Source: an uncultured Verrucomicrobiae bacterium (lineage in GTDB: Bacteria; Verrucomicrobiota; Verrucomicrobiia; Palsa-1439). Taken from it: a DNA stretch of 64,000 nucleotides. Below are positions 43,247 through 54,378 of the stretch, in pieces. The notes under the pieces were generated by a model. That model ran no database searches. It saw nothing but the letters and a program-made list of their open reading frames with translations, and was not told where the DNA came from. The stretch covers positions 32,001-96,000 of the forward strand of contig CAWEWF010000006.1 in assembly GCA_963812605.1 (NCBI GenBank), in the 5' to 3' direction. A program made the position numbers and the translations under genes. Numbering within the stretch: position 1 is the stretch's first letter; each line of letters begins with the position of its first letter.

Positions 43247-44656
43247 ATGAGCGGGCAAAACAAACCGCGGTTGACGATCTTCGAGGTCGCGCTATTCCTG
43301 ATAGTGCTGGCCATCGGCTGGGCGGCGCTCCGCGCTTTTCGCGTTGCCCGACAAGTCGACCAGATCCCCATCACTTTCCGCACCATGCCCGACGATTATT
43401 TCCGCATCGCGGATTATCTCGAACCGTCCATCGGCGAGTTGAATGACATCCTGCTGCATTACACGACGAAGCATGATCGCACCGAATGGGAGCGTTTCCA
43501 GCGCAAGAGCCAGGAATTGAAGGAGTGGCTGACCGACATGAAGGCGTCCACCCTGAAAACGAAGATCACCATGTTGCAGCCCGTCGAGATCACCACCGAC
43601 TTGAGCACGCTCCTCAATCAAATCGACACGGAATACGAGGCCTACCTGGTCGAGGCCCGGCGCGTGGCGAAGGAAACGGGGGCATTGGAGAATTCCGACC
43701 AGGGCGCCCCGAAACTGGACAAGGTCCGTCTGCAATCCCGGAAGCTGGTGGCGCTGGCCAGCCGGGCCCGTTCCCAGGGCCAGGCGATCCAGATTTTCCT
43801 GTCGGGCTCGAAATCCTGGTTCCCGTGGCTCCAGCACGTCCTGGTGGCGGCCCTGCTGTTGCTGGTCGCGTTCGGTATTTGGGTGACGCTGGTCGCCTAT
43901 CGTCGCGTGGTCTCCCCGTTGCGCCGCCGCCTGACGGAAAGCGACACCATTATCGAGCGCAGCCTGAAGATGGCGCACTTCGGCGAGCTCGCCGCCGGTG
44001 TCGCGCATGAAATCCGCAATCCCCTGACCGCGATCCGCGCGCGGCTGTTCACCCTGCAGAAAACCCTCGTGACCGGCACGCCCGCCCACGAAGACGCCCT
44101 GGTCATCCGCAACGAAATCGACCGCCTGAACCGCATCGTCACCGACTTTCTGCAACTCGCCCGTCCGGCCGAACCACGCCTGATGCCGATCACGCCCGAC
44201 AAATTATTGCACGAGATTCGCGACCTTTTTGCGCCGCAATGCGAGCGGCAAAACATCCAACTGAAAATCGACCCCGTGAACGGCGCGCAGTTTCTTGCCG
44301 ACCCGCAGCAAATGAAGCAGGTGTTGATCAACCTCATCCAAAACGCCGCGGACAGCATCGAGGTCGACGGCGTGATCACGTTGCGCGCGCGCCAGGACAC
44401 GCGCCCACTTCATGAGCGGACCGTCCAAGTCGTGGTCCTGGAAGTCAGCGATACCGGGGTGGGTATTCCTCCCGACGTACAAAACCGTCTTTTTGACCCG
44501 TTTTTCAGCACAAAAAAAGGCGGGACGGGCCTCGGCCTGTCAATTGCTGCACAAATTGTGAATAATCATCATGGTAAATTGGAATTCCACACGGAAGCGG
44601 GCCGCGGCACGACGTTCGCGATAGTGCTGCCCGCGACACAGGAACATCCATCGTGA
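43247..44656 (+). CDS. Membrane sensor histidine kinase
   Basis: Two TMs, AHEIRNPL, NLIQNA, DTGVGI, GTGLGL. Confidence 0.95.
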   Translation: MSGQNKPRLTIFEVALFLIVLAIGWAALRAFRVARQVDQIPITFRTMPDDYFRIADYLEPSIGELNDILLHYTTKHDRTEWERFQRKSQELKEWLTDMKASTLKTKITMLQPVEITTDLSTLLNQIDTEYEAYLVEARRVAKETGALENSDQGAPKLDKVRLQSRKLVALASRARSQGQAIQIFLSGSKSWFPWLQHVLVAALLLLVAFGIWVTLVAYRRVVSPLRRRLTESDTIIERSLKMAHFGELAAGVAHEIRNPLTAIRARLFTLQKTLVTGTPAHEDALVIRNEIDRLNRIVTDFLQLARPAEPRLMPITPDKLLHEIRDLFAPQCERQNIQLKIDPVNGAQFLADPQQMKQVLINLIQNAADSIEVDGVITLRARQDTRPLHERTVQVVVLEVSDTGVGIPPDVQNRLFDPFFSTKKGGTGLGLSIAAQIVNNHHGKLEFHTEAGRGTTFAIVLPATQEHPS

Positions 44657-46104
44657 AAACGACGCCAAAAATCCTCATTGTCGAAGACGACACCTCGCTC
44701 GCCTGGTCCCTCAAGCACGTGTTGCAGGTGGAAGGCTACAGCGTCGAGACGGCTTTCAATACCGACGACGGACTGGTGCGCGCGCGGGACAATTCGTTCG
44801 ACGTCGTGGTGACCGACCTGCAATTGCCCGGCGCCAGTTCGGTCGGCGATAAAGCCGGGTTGGAACTCATCAACCGCCTGCGCGCGATCAAGCCGCAGCA
44901 GCCCATCATCCTCATGACCGCGCACCACACCACGGAAACAGCCATCGAGGCGACCAAGCTCGGCGCGTACGATTATCTGATGAAACCGTTCGACCCCGCC
45001 GAACTCCTCGACATGATCGACAAAGCCGTGGCCAGCAGCCGCCTGATCTCCGAACCAGTCGAACTGGGCGAGACGGCGGCGCCGAGCGATGCCATCGTCG
45101 GCGATAGCCGCGCCATGCAATCCGTGTACAAGGAAATCGGCCGTCTTGCCGCCAAGCCCGTCACCGTCCTGATTCGCGGCGAGACCGGCACCGGCAAAGA
45201 GTTGGTGGCCCGCGCGCTGTACCAGCACAGTGATCGGGGCAAACAACCTTTCATCGTGGTCAATTGCGTCGCCATTCCCGAGACGCTGCTCGAAAGCGAA
45301 TTGTTCGGGCACGAACAAGGCTCGTTCACGGGCGCCACTACGCGGCGTATCGGCCGTTTCGAGCAGGCCAATAACGGCACAATCTTCCTCGACGAAATCG
45401 GCGACATGACCATGAGCACGCAGGCCAAGTTGCTCCGTGTGCTGCAGGAGAAAACCATCCAACGGGTCGGCGGCAAGGAAACGATCGACGTCGACGTCCG
45501 CATCCTGGCCGCGACGCATCGCGACCTGGAAGTCGCCATCCGCGAGAACCAGTTCCGCGAGGACCTTTACTATCGCCTGAATGTCGCCGTCGTCACGCTC
45601 CCGCCGCTGCGCGAGCGCCGCGAAGACATTCCGGCGCTCGTCCGCCATTTCCTGCATTGCTACGGCGGAGACCTGGGCACTTTTAATGCCTCCATGTCCG
45701 CGGACGCCATCCAATTTCTCCAGCAACAACCGTGGGCCGGCAATGTGCGGGAACTGGAGAACGTCATCCGCAAAGCGTTGTTGCTGGCGCGGGGTTTCAC
45801 CGTCGGCCCCGACGAAGTGCGGGCGGCGATCGCGCAAACCAAGCTGCCCCGCCCCGCCGTTGACCAGACGCTGGCCAGTTATATCTCCGACCTGCTGGCG
45901 CGCGCCGTGCGCGGCGAGTTGGAGAATGTGTCCGATGCGGTATCCGAAGCGACCGAACGCGAATTGTACGCGCAGGCCATCCAACTCGCGCAAGGGAATC
46001 AGGTCAAGGCCGCCAAGTGGCTGGGGGTTTCTCGTCCGACGATGCGCGAAAAGCTGACGAACTACGGTTTGCACGCGAAGCGGGAGGCTTCCACGCCGGA
46101 ATAG
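44653..46104 (+). CDS. Sigma54-dependent NtrC-family response regulator
   Basis: Receiver domain, GETGTGKE, ESELFGHEQGSFTGA, LDEIG, GNVREL, Fis HTH. Confidence 0.95.
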   Translation: MKTTPKILIVEDDTSLAWSLKHVLQVEGYSVETAFNTDDGLVRARDNSFDVVVTDLQLPGASSVGDKAGLELINRLRAIKPQQPIILMTAHHTTETAIEATKLGAYDYLMKPFDPAELLDMIDKAVASSRLISEPVELGETAAPSDAIVGDSRAMQSVYKEIGRLAAKPVTVLIRGETGTGKELVARALYQHSDRGKQPFIVVNCVAIPETLLESELFGHEQGSFTGATTRRIGRFEQANNGTIFLDEIGDMTMSTQAKLLRVLQEKTIQRVGGKETIDVDVRILAATHRDLEVAIRENQFREDLYYRLNVAVVTLPPLRERREDIPALVRHFLHCYGGDLGTFNASMSADAIQFLQQQPWAGNVRELENVIRKALLLARGFTVGPDEVRAAIAQTKLPRPAVDQTLASYISDLLARAVRGELENVSDAVSEATERELYAQAIQLAQGNQVKAAKWLGVSRPTMREKLTNYGLHAKREASTPE

Positions 46105-46111
46105 CGTTGGC

Positions 46112-46900
46112 TCACGGCTCGTTCTGGACGGGATTCGTCAGCGTCCCGATCTTCTCAATTTCAATGGTCACGCTGTCGCCGGCGCGCAACCAGCACGGTG
46201 GTTTTCGTGCCATCCCAACTCCCTGCGGTGTGCCGGTCATAATCACCGTACGCGGCATCAACGTCGTGCTGCCGCTGAGAAACTCGATCAAGGTGGCAAC
46301 GTCGAAAATCATGTCGCGCGTGTTCGATTCCTGCCTGACTTCACCGTTGACGACCGTCTTGATCGCCAGCGTGTTTGGATTTGGAATCTCGTCGGCGGTG
46401 ACGAGGCAGGGCCCGAGCGGGCAGAAGGTGTCGAAGGTTTTGCCGCGGCACCACTGGCTGCCGCCGCGCTTGATCTGCCAGTCGCGGGCGCTGACATCGT
46501 TGCCGCACGTATAGCCCAGCACGTAGTCGAGCGCATTCTTCTTCGAAACATTCTTGGCAGGTTTGCCGATGACCACCGCCAATTCACATTCGTAATCCAC
46601 TTCCTCGCTCTTGAGGTGCGTCGGGATCAAGATCGGATCGCCGGGATTCTGCACGGTGCCGACTCCCTTGGTAAAGAGAACGGGGTACTCTGGTAACTTT
46701 GCGTTGGTCTCCTGCGCGTGACCCCGGTAGTTCAGCCCGATACACAGAATTTGCGCCGGCACAATCGGCGCAAGCAACTTCTTCACCTCGGCCCTCTCCG
46801 CTGTGACGGTAAACCGACCGAATATGTCGCCCTCAATGCGTTGGCCGTCAGCCCCGTGGCAAATCCGCCCGTTGGAATCCTGATAGCGAATAATCTTCAT
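46112..46900 (-). CDS. Fumarylacetoacetate hydrolase family protein
   Basis: CIGLNYRGH, VDYECEL, NDVSARDWQ, GKTFDTFCPLGP. Confidence 0.92.
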   Translation of the reverse strand: MKIIRYQDSNGRICHGADGQRIEGDIFGRFTVTAERAEVKKLLAPIVPAQILCIGLNYRGHAQETNAKLPEYPVLFTKGVGTVQNPGDPILIPTHLKSEEVDYECELAVVIGKPAKNVSKKNALDYVLGYTCGNDVSARDWQIKRGGSQWCRGKTFDTFCPLGPCLVTADEIPNPNTLAIKTVVNGEVRQESNTRDMIFDVATLIEFLSGSTTLMPRTVIMTGTPQGVGMARKPPCWLRAGDSVTIEIEKIGTLTNPVQNEP

Positions 46901-47095
46901 CGTTTTCCTCCGAAAAGTAGCGAATTCGACGGTAGCGGGTCGGGGTGCGATTGTCCAGCGGCACCAAGGCAGGAAATGTGTGCGTTTTCGACTTTTTTTC
47001 TTGCAAAATCAATCTGCATTCCCTATAGATAAAAGCGCTTTACCACTAGGCAAGTTGCGACTCGGAATTAACAAGTAGGACTGGGAGAAAACCAC

Positions 47096-50000
47096 TTGAA
47101 AACGATCCGCCTTTTTATCAGCATTCTGACGTCATTTGCGTGCACATTCATGGCGGTGAGTACCGCACGGGCCGCCGCCACGGCCAGCGACACCGCCTGT
47201 AACGACACCGGCGGGAACGGCACGACTGGCGGTAGCGGTTTTGCCGCTTGGGTAGTTAACATCGGGAGCGGAGGCGGTACTTATACAACGAGTGATTCCA
47301 CCATCAATGGCAACGGCTGCGGCACCGCGTGGGGAATTTTTTCCGGTAGTAGCGCGGTCCTAACGGAGTCCAAACGCTCATTTGCCAGTTCAGCCACTCT
47401 GTCGGTCGGCCAACAAATTACCGCTGACCTGCATAATGGCGGCGTCAACTCCGGTTCTGAGGGATTGAGTCTTTACAACTCCAGCGGCAATGCAGTTTTT
47501 GAGATGTTCTTCAGCAGTGGTTCGAGTACCTGGTCGATTAATGATTCTACTGGCGCCCATGCGGCGTCACCGTCAATTCCCTATGCCGGCAGCGGTTGCC
47601 GGGCCGTCTTCACCCTTACCGGCGCGACGACCTACTCTCTTACGGTGAAGGAGCCAGGTACGGGGACACAGACTACTTACGGTCCGTATACTGGAACGCT
47701 GGCCAGCCCGAGTGGCGGGCAAGCGATTACCACCTTGCGGTTCTATACCTTTAATATCGGTTCCGGTCAGAATCTTCAATTTAACAACATTGGCGCCAGT
47801 TGCCCGAACACGCTTGCGTTCACTTCACAGCCGGCCTCCGAGACCGTGGCGACCAACGACACCGCCCTATTCTCAGCGGATACTTTTGGCGACTCGGTCA
47901 CGCATCAATGGCAGTCCAGTTCCAATAGCGGCCTCTCCTGGAGCAACATCAGCGGGGCCACCAACACGATCAGCCTCACCGCCACGAATTACGAATCGGG
48001 TTTCTCCGTGGCCGCAACTTCGGCGAACAGCGGTTTCCAGTATCGAGTCATCGCAACCGACGCCTGCGGCAACACGATTACTTCCGCCGTGGCGACGTTG
48101 ACCTTGTCCGCCGTCACCGCGCCCGTCATCACTGCCCAGCCGACCAACACGACCGTATGCAGTGGTTCACCCGCGACATTCAGCGTGACGGCCTCGGGCA
48201 CATCCCCCGGCTATAACTGGTTCCAACAATCCAACGCGGGCTGGGGCGGCAGCAGCGCCTGGAGCGTCACGGCCAGCAACGCCGGCAGCGGCGTCTTCCT
48301 GGGCACTTCGACCAACAACAATTCGACCGCCTCATCCTTCTGCACCGGCTTCGGCAACAATGATATCGACAGCCCGATCACCGGGAACGCGCTCGGCATG
48401 TTTGGACCGGTCATCAAGGTTTCACGAACCTTCCCCAGCGCCCTGTCCGCGGGCCAGTGGTTCAGCATCGACATGGACAACGGCAGCGTCGACACCGGAG
48501 TTCAGAATGGATTCTCCCTGCACACGTCCCCCGGCGCCGGCAACGGCGTGTTGTTCTCCTTCTACTTCCTCGGCGGCCAGTCGAACTACAAGATTTTTGA
48601 CGGGACGGGCGAACACGACACCGGGATTCGGTTCACTCGCACCGGCCTGAGGGTCCAGATCCTTGTAGGAAGTGCCGTGGGCGGCACGAACACGTATTCG
48701 TTGTTCGTCCTGACGAACCAGTGCAGCGCCAGCAGCAACATTACCAACGTGTTTTCGGGCAGCTTCGAAACCAACGGGGCCCCCGGCTCGGTGTTGCTCT
48801 TTAACAACGACGGCGCGGGTGGATCCGCCAACGATCTTTTCTTCAATAACCTTCTTGCTGGCGCTGCGTACGATAACGCGGACAACTATTCGGCCCGCAA
48901 CTGGGCCAATGGCGGCAACGGCGGGGATCTGCCAATCACCGGCGCGAACGGCTCCAGCTACACGACCAATGCTCAAGCCAGCGGTACCTATTACGTCATC
49001 GTCACCAACGCCGCCGCCGCGGTCGTCTCTAGCACCGCGATGTTGACGGTCAATCCGACCCCGAACCTGAGCTTGTCCGAGACCGACGTAACCTGCAACG
49101 GAGGCAGCAATGGATCCGTCCAGGCCACGTTCTCGGGTGGGACTGGGACATTACAGGTGAACATCGATGGCGGTGCGTTCAGCGCGCAATCTTCGCCATA
49201 CACCTTTACTGGGCTTGGCAGTGGCTCGCACACGGTGAGCGTGCAAGGCACCACCGGTTGCTCGTCGAACCTGACCATCGTCGTCAACCAGCCGTCGGCC
49301 GTCACCATCTTTTCGACCTCGAAACAGGACAATACCGTTTGCGGTGGGAACGCTGGCAGCATCACCGTGACCGCGTCTGGCGGAACCGGTGCGTTGCAAT
49401 ACTCCGACAACGGCGGCGGGACTTATCAGGCATCGAACCAATTCACCGGGCTGGTTTCCGGCGCCTATAGCATCGTCGTCAAAGATGCCAACGGCTGCAC
49501 CAGCTCCGCCACCCCGGTCACCATCAATGATCCGAACGGGCCAAGCTTCACTTTTAGCCAGGCCAACGAGACCTGCAATGGGCAGTCCATCGGCAGTATC
49601 ACGGTAACAGCGTCCGGCGGCAGTGGCAGCGGGTACACCTATTCCAAGGATAACGGCGCGACGTTCCAGGCCGGCAATCAATTCACCGGACTGGCGGCGG
49701 GCAGTTACACCGTGGTGGTCAAGGATGGGAACGGATGCACCAGTGGCGGCCAGATTGTTACCATCACCCAACCGAGTGTCGTCACGTTCACGACGAGCCA
49801 GACCAACGAGACTTGCAATGGCCAATCCGCCGGTAGCATTACGGTAACGCCCTCTGGCGGCAGTGGCAGCGGGTACACCTATTCCATGGATAATGGCGTG
49901 ACGTTCCAGGCGGGCAACCAGTTCACCGGACTTTCCACCGGCACGTACCAGATTGTTGTGAAGGACGGCAACGGCTGCCTCAGCAGCGCCGTCCCGGTCA

Positions 50001-52657
50001 CCATTACCCAGCCGTCGGCGCTCAGTTGCTCGGTGAGTCCGTCAGTCGTCACCAATTGCGCGGGCAGTTCCCAGGTCTTCACGGTCAGCCCCAGCGGCGG
50101 CACCCCGGGTTACACGTACAGTTGGAGCGGCCCGAACAGCTTCAGCGCGACCGGCTCCTCGGCCACGAATAATAACCTGCAACCGGCCAGTGCGGGCACC
50201 TATACGGTTACCGTAACGGATGCGAATGGCTGCCAGTCCACCTGCACGGCCACCCTGACGGTCAACGTGGCCCCGTCGATTACCACACAGCCGACGAACT
50301 CGGCCGCTTGCATGGGTTCGCCGGCCAGTTTCTCGGTGACCGCGACCGGTTCGCCATTGAATTACGTCTGGCGCAAGCTCGGGTCGGGCTGGGGCGGCGG
50401 CGGTTGGAGCTTCGCGAATTCGGGCACGGCCAGTTCGGAATTCATCGGTTCCTCGACCGATAATGACTCCGGCGACACGGCCTCGAACGGCGGCACCGAC
50501 ATCAATACCGGCGGCAAGTCCTGGGGCTTGTTCAACAATGGCGGCGTAGCGGACGTTCAGCGGCCGTTGAACACCCCGCTGGCGGTCGGCCAGACCTTCA
50601 GCATCGATATGGACAACGGCAACATCCAGTCGGGCGGAACCGTCGGCTTTGGCCTCCAGAACACGTCGAACAGCAACAACCGTCTCGAGGTTTTCTTCGC
50701 GGGCGGCAACCCGGATTACACCGTGAGCGATAACGCCGGCTCCAATGATTCCAACATTGGGTTCACGCGCACCGGTATCCGCTGCCAGATCACGCTCACC
50801 AGCGTCGATACGTATTCCATTACAATCATCCGCTTCACCGGAAGCGTGTCGGCTCAAACCAACACGCTGACGGGCACCTTGAAGGGCACCGCGGGCACGG
50901 TCATCGATCGGCTGCGGCTGTTCAACGCGAACGCCGGTGATTGCGGGTTCGGGTGCAATGACAACACCCTGTATTTCAACAACGTCAGCTTCGGCTGCAA
51001 CGACGACAACGCGGGCAACTACGCGAGTTGGACAGCCGGCAGCGACCTCGGCCAAGGCCCGCTGGCCGATGGCGGCGATATTTCCGGCGCGACCACGGCC
51101 ACGCTGGCGATCAACCCGGCCAGCAATGCCGATGCGGGCAGTTATGACGTGTTCGTGACGAATTCTTGCGGCGTGGCGATCTCCAGCAACGCCACCTTGA
51201 CCGTCAATGCGAACCCGGGGCAGTACTCGGTCGGCGGCGGCGGCGCCTACTGCTCGGGCGGCAGCGGCGTTTCGGTGACGTTGAGCGGTTCGGACGCGGG
51301 CGTGAATTATCAATTGGAATTGAACGGCAATCCGACCGGCTCGCCGGTGACGGGCACGGGCGGCGCGCTCACCTTCAGCAACCAGACGGCGGCGGGCACG
51401 TACACGGTCGTCGCGGTCAATGCCACGTCCGGCTGCACCGCCACGATGACCGGCAATGCGTCGGTCACGATCAATCCCTCTCCGAGTTGCACGGTCACTC
51501 CGCCCAGTGCGGCGATCTGCGCTGACGGTTCCCAGACCTTCACGGTGAACCCGAGCGGCGGCACGCCGGGCTACATGTACCTGTGGAGCGATGGTTCAAC
51601 AGGAACGAGCATTACGACCAATGCGGCAGGTACCTACTCGGTGACGGTGACCGATTCCAATGGCTGCACGACGACCTGCAGCGCAATGTTGACGGTCAAT
51701 CCGACCCCAAGTTGCACGATCACTCCACCCAGTGCAGCGATTTGCGCCGGTGGTTCGCAGACCTTCACGGTGAACCCGAGCGGCGGCACCCCGGGTTACA
51801 CGTTCCTGTGGAGCGACGGCTCGACGGGAACGAGCATCACGACGAATGCGACGGGCACGTACTCGGTGACGGTGACTGATTCCAACGGCTGCACGTCGTC
51901 ATGCAGCGCAATGCTAACGGTCAATCCGCTGCCTTCAGCGCCGACGGCGGGCAACAACGGGCCAATCTGCGCCGGCACCACGCTCGATCTCAGCGCGTCG
52001 GCCCTGGCTGGCGCGACGTATAGCTGGACGGGCCCGAACGGCTTTGCCTCGTCGCAGCAGGATCCATCGATCACCAACGCGACCACGGCGGCGAGCGGAA
52101 CGTACCTGGTGACGGTCACGGACAGCAATGGCTGCACGTCCGCTGCCGGTTCAACGACGGCAACAGTCAACGCGAATCCGCCAGTGCCGACCGCCGGCAA
52201 CAACGGGCCGATCGTTGAAGGCAGCACGCTGAACCTGACGGCCAGCACCGTGGCCAATACGACCTATAGTTGGACCGGCCCGAACGGCTTCACATCAGCG
52301 GACCAGAATCCGTCGATCTCGAACGCCACGTCGGCCGCCAGCGGCGCGTATTTGGTGACCGTGACGGACAGCAACGGTTGCACAGCCGTTGGCTCGACGA
52401 CCGTGCTGGTTACGGCGCTGCAGATCACGTCGATCACGACGCAGGGCAGCGATATCCTCATCACGTGGGCGACCACCGGCGGGACAACCAACGCCGTGCA
52501 GGCAACACCCGGCAACCCGGGTTACAACACGAACTTCGTCGATATCAGCGCGCCGCTCCTCATCCTCGGCAGCGGGGACACCAGCACCAATTACCTCGAT
52601 GCCGGCGCCGCCACCAACTCCCCCGCGAAGTTCTACCGCATCCGGCTCGTGCCATAA
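47096..52657 (+). CDS. Large secreted repetitive protein (Ig-like, SprB-like and PKD-like repeats)
   Basis: Signal peptide; G/S/T-rich; repeated ETCNG..GSITVTASGG..VVKDGNGC and YSVTVTDSNGC units; three copies of a FSIDMDNG-type domain; ends TNYLDAGAATNSPAKFYRIRLVP. Confidence 0.85.
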   Translation: MKTIRLFISILTSFACTFMAVSTARAAATASDTACNDTGGNGTTGGSGFAAWVVNIGSGGGTYTTSDSTINGNGCGTAWGIFSGSSAVLTESKRSFASSATLSVGQQITADLHNGGVNSGSEGLSLYNSSGNAVFEMFFSSGSSTWSINDSTGAHAASPSIPYAGSGCRAVFTLTGATTYSLTVKEPGTGTQTTYGPYTGTLASPSGGQAITTLRFYTFNIGSGQNLQFNNIGASCPNTLAFTSQPASETVATNDTALFSADTFGDSVTHQWQSSSNSGLSWSNISGATNTISLTATNYESGFSVAATSANSGFQYRVIATDACGNTITSAVATLTLSAVTAPVITAQPTNTTVCSGSPATFSVTASGTSPGYNWFQQSNAGWGGSSAWSVTASNAGSGVFLGTSTNNNSTASSFCTGFGNNDIDSPITGNALGMFGPVIKVSRTFPSALSAGQWFSIDMDNGSVDTGVQNGFSLHTSPGAGNGVLFSFYFLGGQSNYKIFDGTGEHDTGIRFTRTGLRVQILVGSAVGGTNTYSLFVLTNQCSASSNITNVFSGSFETNGAPGSVLLFNNDGAGGSANDLFFNNLLAGAAYDNADNYSARNWANGGNGGDLPITGANGSSYTTNAQASGTYYVIVTNAAAAVVSSTAMLTVNPTPNLSLSETDVTCNGGSNGSVQATFSGGTGTLQVNIDGGAFSAQSSPYTFTGLGSGSHTVSVQGTTGCSSNLTIVVNQPSAVTIFSTSKQDNTVCGGNAGSITVTASGGTGALQYSDNGGGTYQASNQFTGLVSGAYSIVVKDANGCTSSATPVTINDPNGPSFTFSQANETCNGQSIGSITVTASGGSGSGYTYSKDNGATFQAGNQFTGLAAGSYTVVVKDGNGCTSGGQIVTITQPSVVTFTTSQTNETCNGQSAGSITVTPSGGSGSGYTYSMDNGVTFQAGNQFTGLSTGTYQIVVKDGNGCLSSAVPVTITQPSALSCSVSPSVVTNCAGSSQVFTVSPSGGTPGYTYSWSGPNSFSATGSSATNNNLQPASAGTYTVTVTDANGCQSTCTATLTVNVAPSITTQPTNSAACMGSPASFSVTATGSPLNYVWRKLGSGWGGGGWSFANSGTASSEFIGSSTDNDSGDTASNGGTDINTGGKSWGLFNNGGVADVQRPLNTPLAVGQTFSIDMDNGNIQSGGTVGFGLQNTSNSNNRLEVFFAGGNPDYTVSDNAGSNDSNIGFTRTGIRCQITLTSVDTYSITIIRFTGSVSAQTNTLTGTLKGTAGTVIDRLRLFNANAGDCGFGCNDNTLYFNNVSFGCNDDNAGNYASWTAGSDLGQGPLADGGDISGATTATLAINPASNADAGSYDVFVTNSCGVAISSNATLTVNANPGQYSVGGGGAYCSGGSGVSVTLSGSDAGVNYQLELNGNPTGSPVTGTGGALTFSNQTAAGTYTVVAVNATSGCTATMTGNASVTINPSPSCTVTPPSAAICADGSQTFTVNPSGGTPGYMYLWSDGSTGTSITTNAAGTYSVTVTDSNGCTTTCSAMLTVNPTPSCTITPPSAAICAGGSQTFTVNPSGGTPGYTFLWSDGSTGTSITTNATGTYSVTVTDSNGCTSSCSAMLTVNPLPSAPTAGNNGPICAGTTLDLSASALAGATYSWTGPNGFASSQQDPSITNATTAASGTYLVTVTDSNGCTSAAGSTTATVNANPPVPTAGNNGPIVEGSTLNLTASTVANTTYSWTGPNGFTSADQNPSISNATSAASGAYLVTVTDSNGCTAVGSTTVLVTALQITSITTQGSDILITWATTGGTTNAVQATPGNPGYNTNFVDISAPLLILGSGDTSTNYLDAGAATNSPAKFYRIRLVP

Positions 52658-52817
52658 TTGAAGGTTGACACGTCATCAAGCATCTATAAACGGCTTCCTC
52701 GCTGGCAACAGTTGCGACCCGTGGTGAATCGGATTCGCAACCGACCCTGACTTGATTCACATCAATCTGTTGGGGGGATCACGGAACTCCGGATGCAACA
52801 CTGAAAGGACTTAGTGA

Positions 52818-53693
52818 TCAATCCAAAGCCGCAGCCAACATGTTTAAGTACTCGTTGGGCTTTACTTGGTGAGCAGTCGAAAGCGCTTGAATTGCATTGG
52901 AAGTCAATCGACACTTTCCACTTTCAATGCGACGAAGCTGTTTATCGCTTAGTCCAGAAATGTCACTCGGCTTGAGTTCTGCCTTTTCACGCACCTTTCG
53001 CGCTGCTCTACCGTAGCGGATGTTGAATTCCTGGGTTTTCTGACGTGCTTTGTGGGCCGCTTCCGGATCAACGATTTGCTCTAGTTGTTCCCAGCCAAGA
53101 TGTAGGTCAAGATCCGGCCAGTAGATGAAAGAGCCGTCTTTATCAATTTCAAAATTATGGATCTTGGACACAGCTGCGTTTTGGAATTCTGGAATGTCTG
53201 CAAGCAAAACATCTAGGCGATTCAAATCTGGAGAAATGACATGTAGAATTCCGTCCTCGACCTTCGCATCAAGAATACGCTCCTGCCTATCGACTGCCTG
53301 AAACGCTGAGGTTAGGCGCATCAGCAGAGAGTGAAGCCAGTCCATGCGATGTGTCTTTCCAGACCCATACTTGGCCTCCATCACATAGAAGCGTTGAGGT
53401 GTACGTATCTGCAAGTCAACAATTCGAGAAAGGAGTCTGTCTGTCGATACTCCTTCGTTGCGGAAGACAAGCAATCTTGTCGCCTGGGTGGCGTACTTAC
53501 GAAAAGTTTCTACAAAGGCGTCGTCCAATTCTTTCGACGAAACCAGCAGATACTCACCTGTGTCTCCGCCTCGGCCTTCGAATGATTTCCAGTTCTTGGA
53601 TACAGAGGCCGCTGCGCGAAGATCTGTTGTTTTCAACTCCGAAAACGTCTTTCCGTAGGTGATGATTCGAATGTTTCTTGATATGGTTTTCAT
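52818..53693 (-). CDS. Extended DUF2442 protein with C-terminal XRE-like HTH
   Basis: DGSFIYWPDLDLHLGW then RKVREKAELKPSDISGLSDKQLRRIESG; ATGA overlap with the upstream gene. Confidence 0.7.
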   Translation of the reverse strand: MKTISRNIRIITYGKTFSELKTTDLRAAASVSKNWKSFEGRGGDTGEYLLVSSKELDDAFVETFRKYATQATRLLVFRNEGVSTDRLLSRIVDLQIRTPQRFYVMEAKYGSGKTHRMDWLHSLLMRLTSAFQAVDRQERILDAKVEDGILHVISPDLNRLDVLLADIPEFQNAAVSKIHNFEIDKDGSFIYWPDLDLHLGWEQLEQIVDPEAAHKARQKTQEFNIRYGRAARKVREKAELKPSDISGLSDKQLRRIESGKCRLTSNAIQALSTAHQVKPNEYLNMLAAALD

Positions 53694-53953
53694 GATGGCT
53701 TTACCTTGGTTTCCCACTCCTTCAGGATCTCATCGCGACAAACCTTTACCATCTCTTCCAAAGCTTTTCTGTCCTTTGCCGAGAACGCCTTGTCCCCCCA
53801 TTTGATCTTAAACATATTGCTTGAAGCCTCCAGAAAGTATACTCGCACTTCCCAGATGCCCTCCTTCTTGGCGTGGAAGTGCGGCGGATTGTGATCGTTC
53901 GACCAGAACCACAACTTCAGGCCAGAGATCGAGAAGCACTGTAATGTTGCCAT
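53690..53953 (-). CDS. DUF4160-family protein
   Basis: KLWFWSNDHNPPHFHA..ILKEWE. Confidence 0.85.
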   Translation of the reverse strand: MATLQCFSISGLKLWFWSNDHNPPHFHAKKEGIWEVRVYFLEASSNMFKIKWGDKAFSAKDRKALEEMVKVCRDEILKEWETKVKPS

Positions 53954-54069
53954 TGCTCATGTTGAACGGTAGTGGCTGTATGGACATTTTGCAAGAAGTA
54001 CTTTACTAAATCTGTCCCGCCGTTTGAGGGAGGCGATCGTCTTCAGTGTGTCGTTTGGTTGTCAGTACA

Positions 54070-54378
54070 AGGCCAAAACTATAAGAGGAAATCGCGCTTG
54101 CACAGATTGACCTCCTCGATGCGCAAGTACAGAAGTTCGACCTCGAAGGCGGTTTACGCTTTGCTGAGCAAGTCGTCGTGAACGCCGCGCACATGTGCTC
54201 TGGCATGTCGACCGACCAGAAGCAACGGTTCCAACAGATCTTATTTCCAGAGGGTTTCCGAAAATGGCGAAATTGGAACCACTGTAACCTGCCCATCTTC
54301 AAGATGTTACAGCCGGAAAATGGGGCGATTTATGAAATGGCGACCCCAGCGGGATTCGAACCCGCGTTACCGCCGTGA
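54070..54378 (+). pseudogene. Remnant C-terminus of a tRNA-targeting (serine-recombinase-like) integrase
   Basis: DQKQRFQQILFPEG...EMATPAGFEPALPP reads into the antisense tRNA 3' end; no catalytic N-terminal part visible. Confidence 0.5.

Noticed and set aside
49540-52400. Possible CRISPR array or diversity-generating template in the long direct repeats
   Set aside because: The repeats are in-frame protein domain duplications; there is no repeat-spacer periodicity, cas gene or reverse transcriptase
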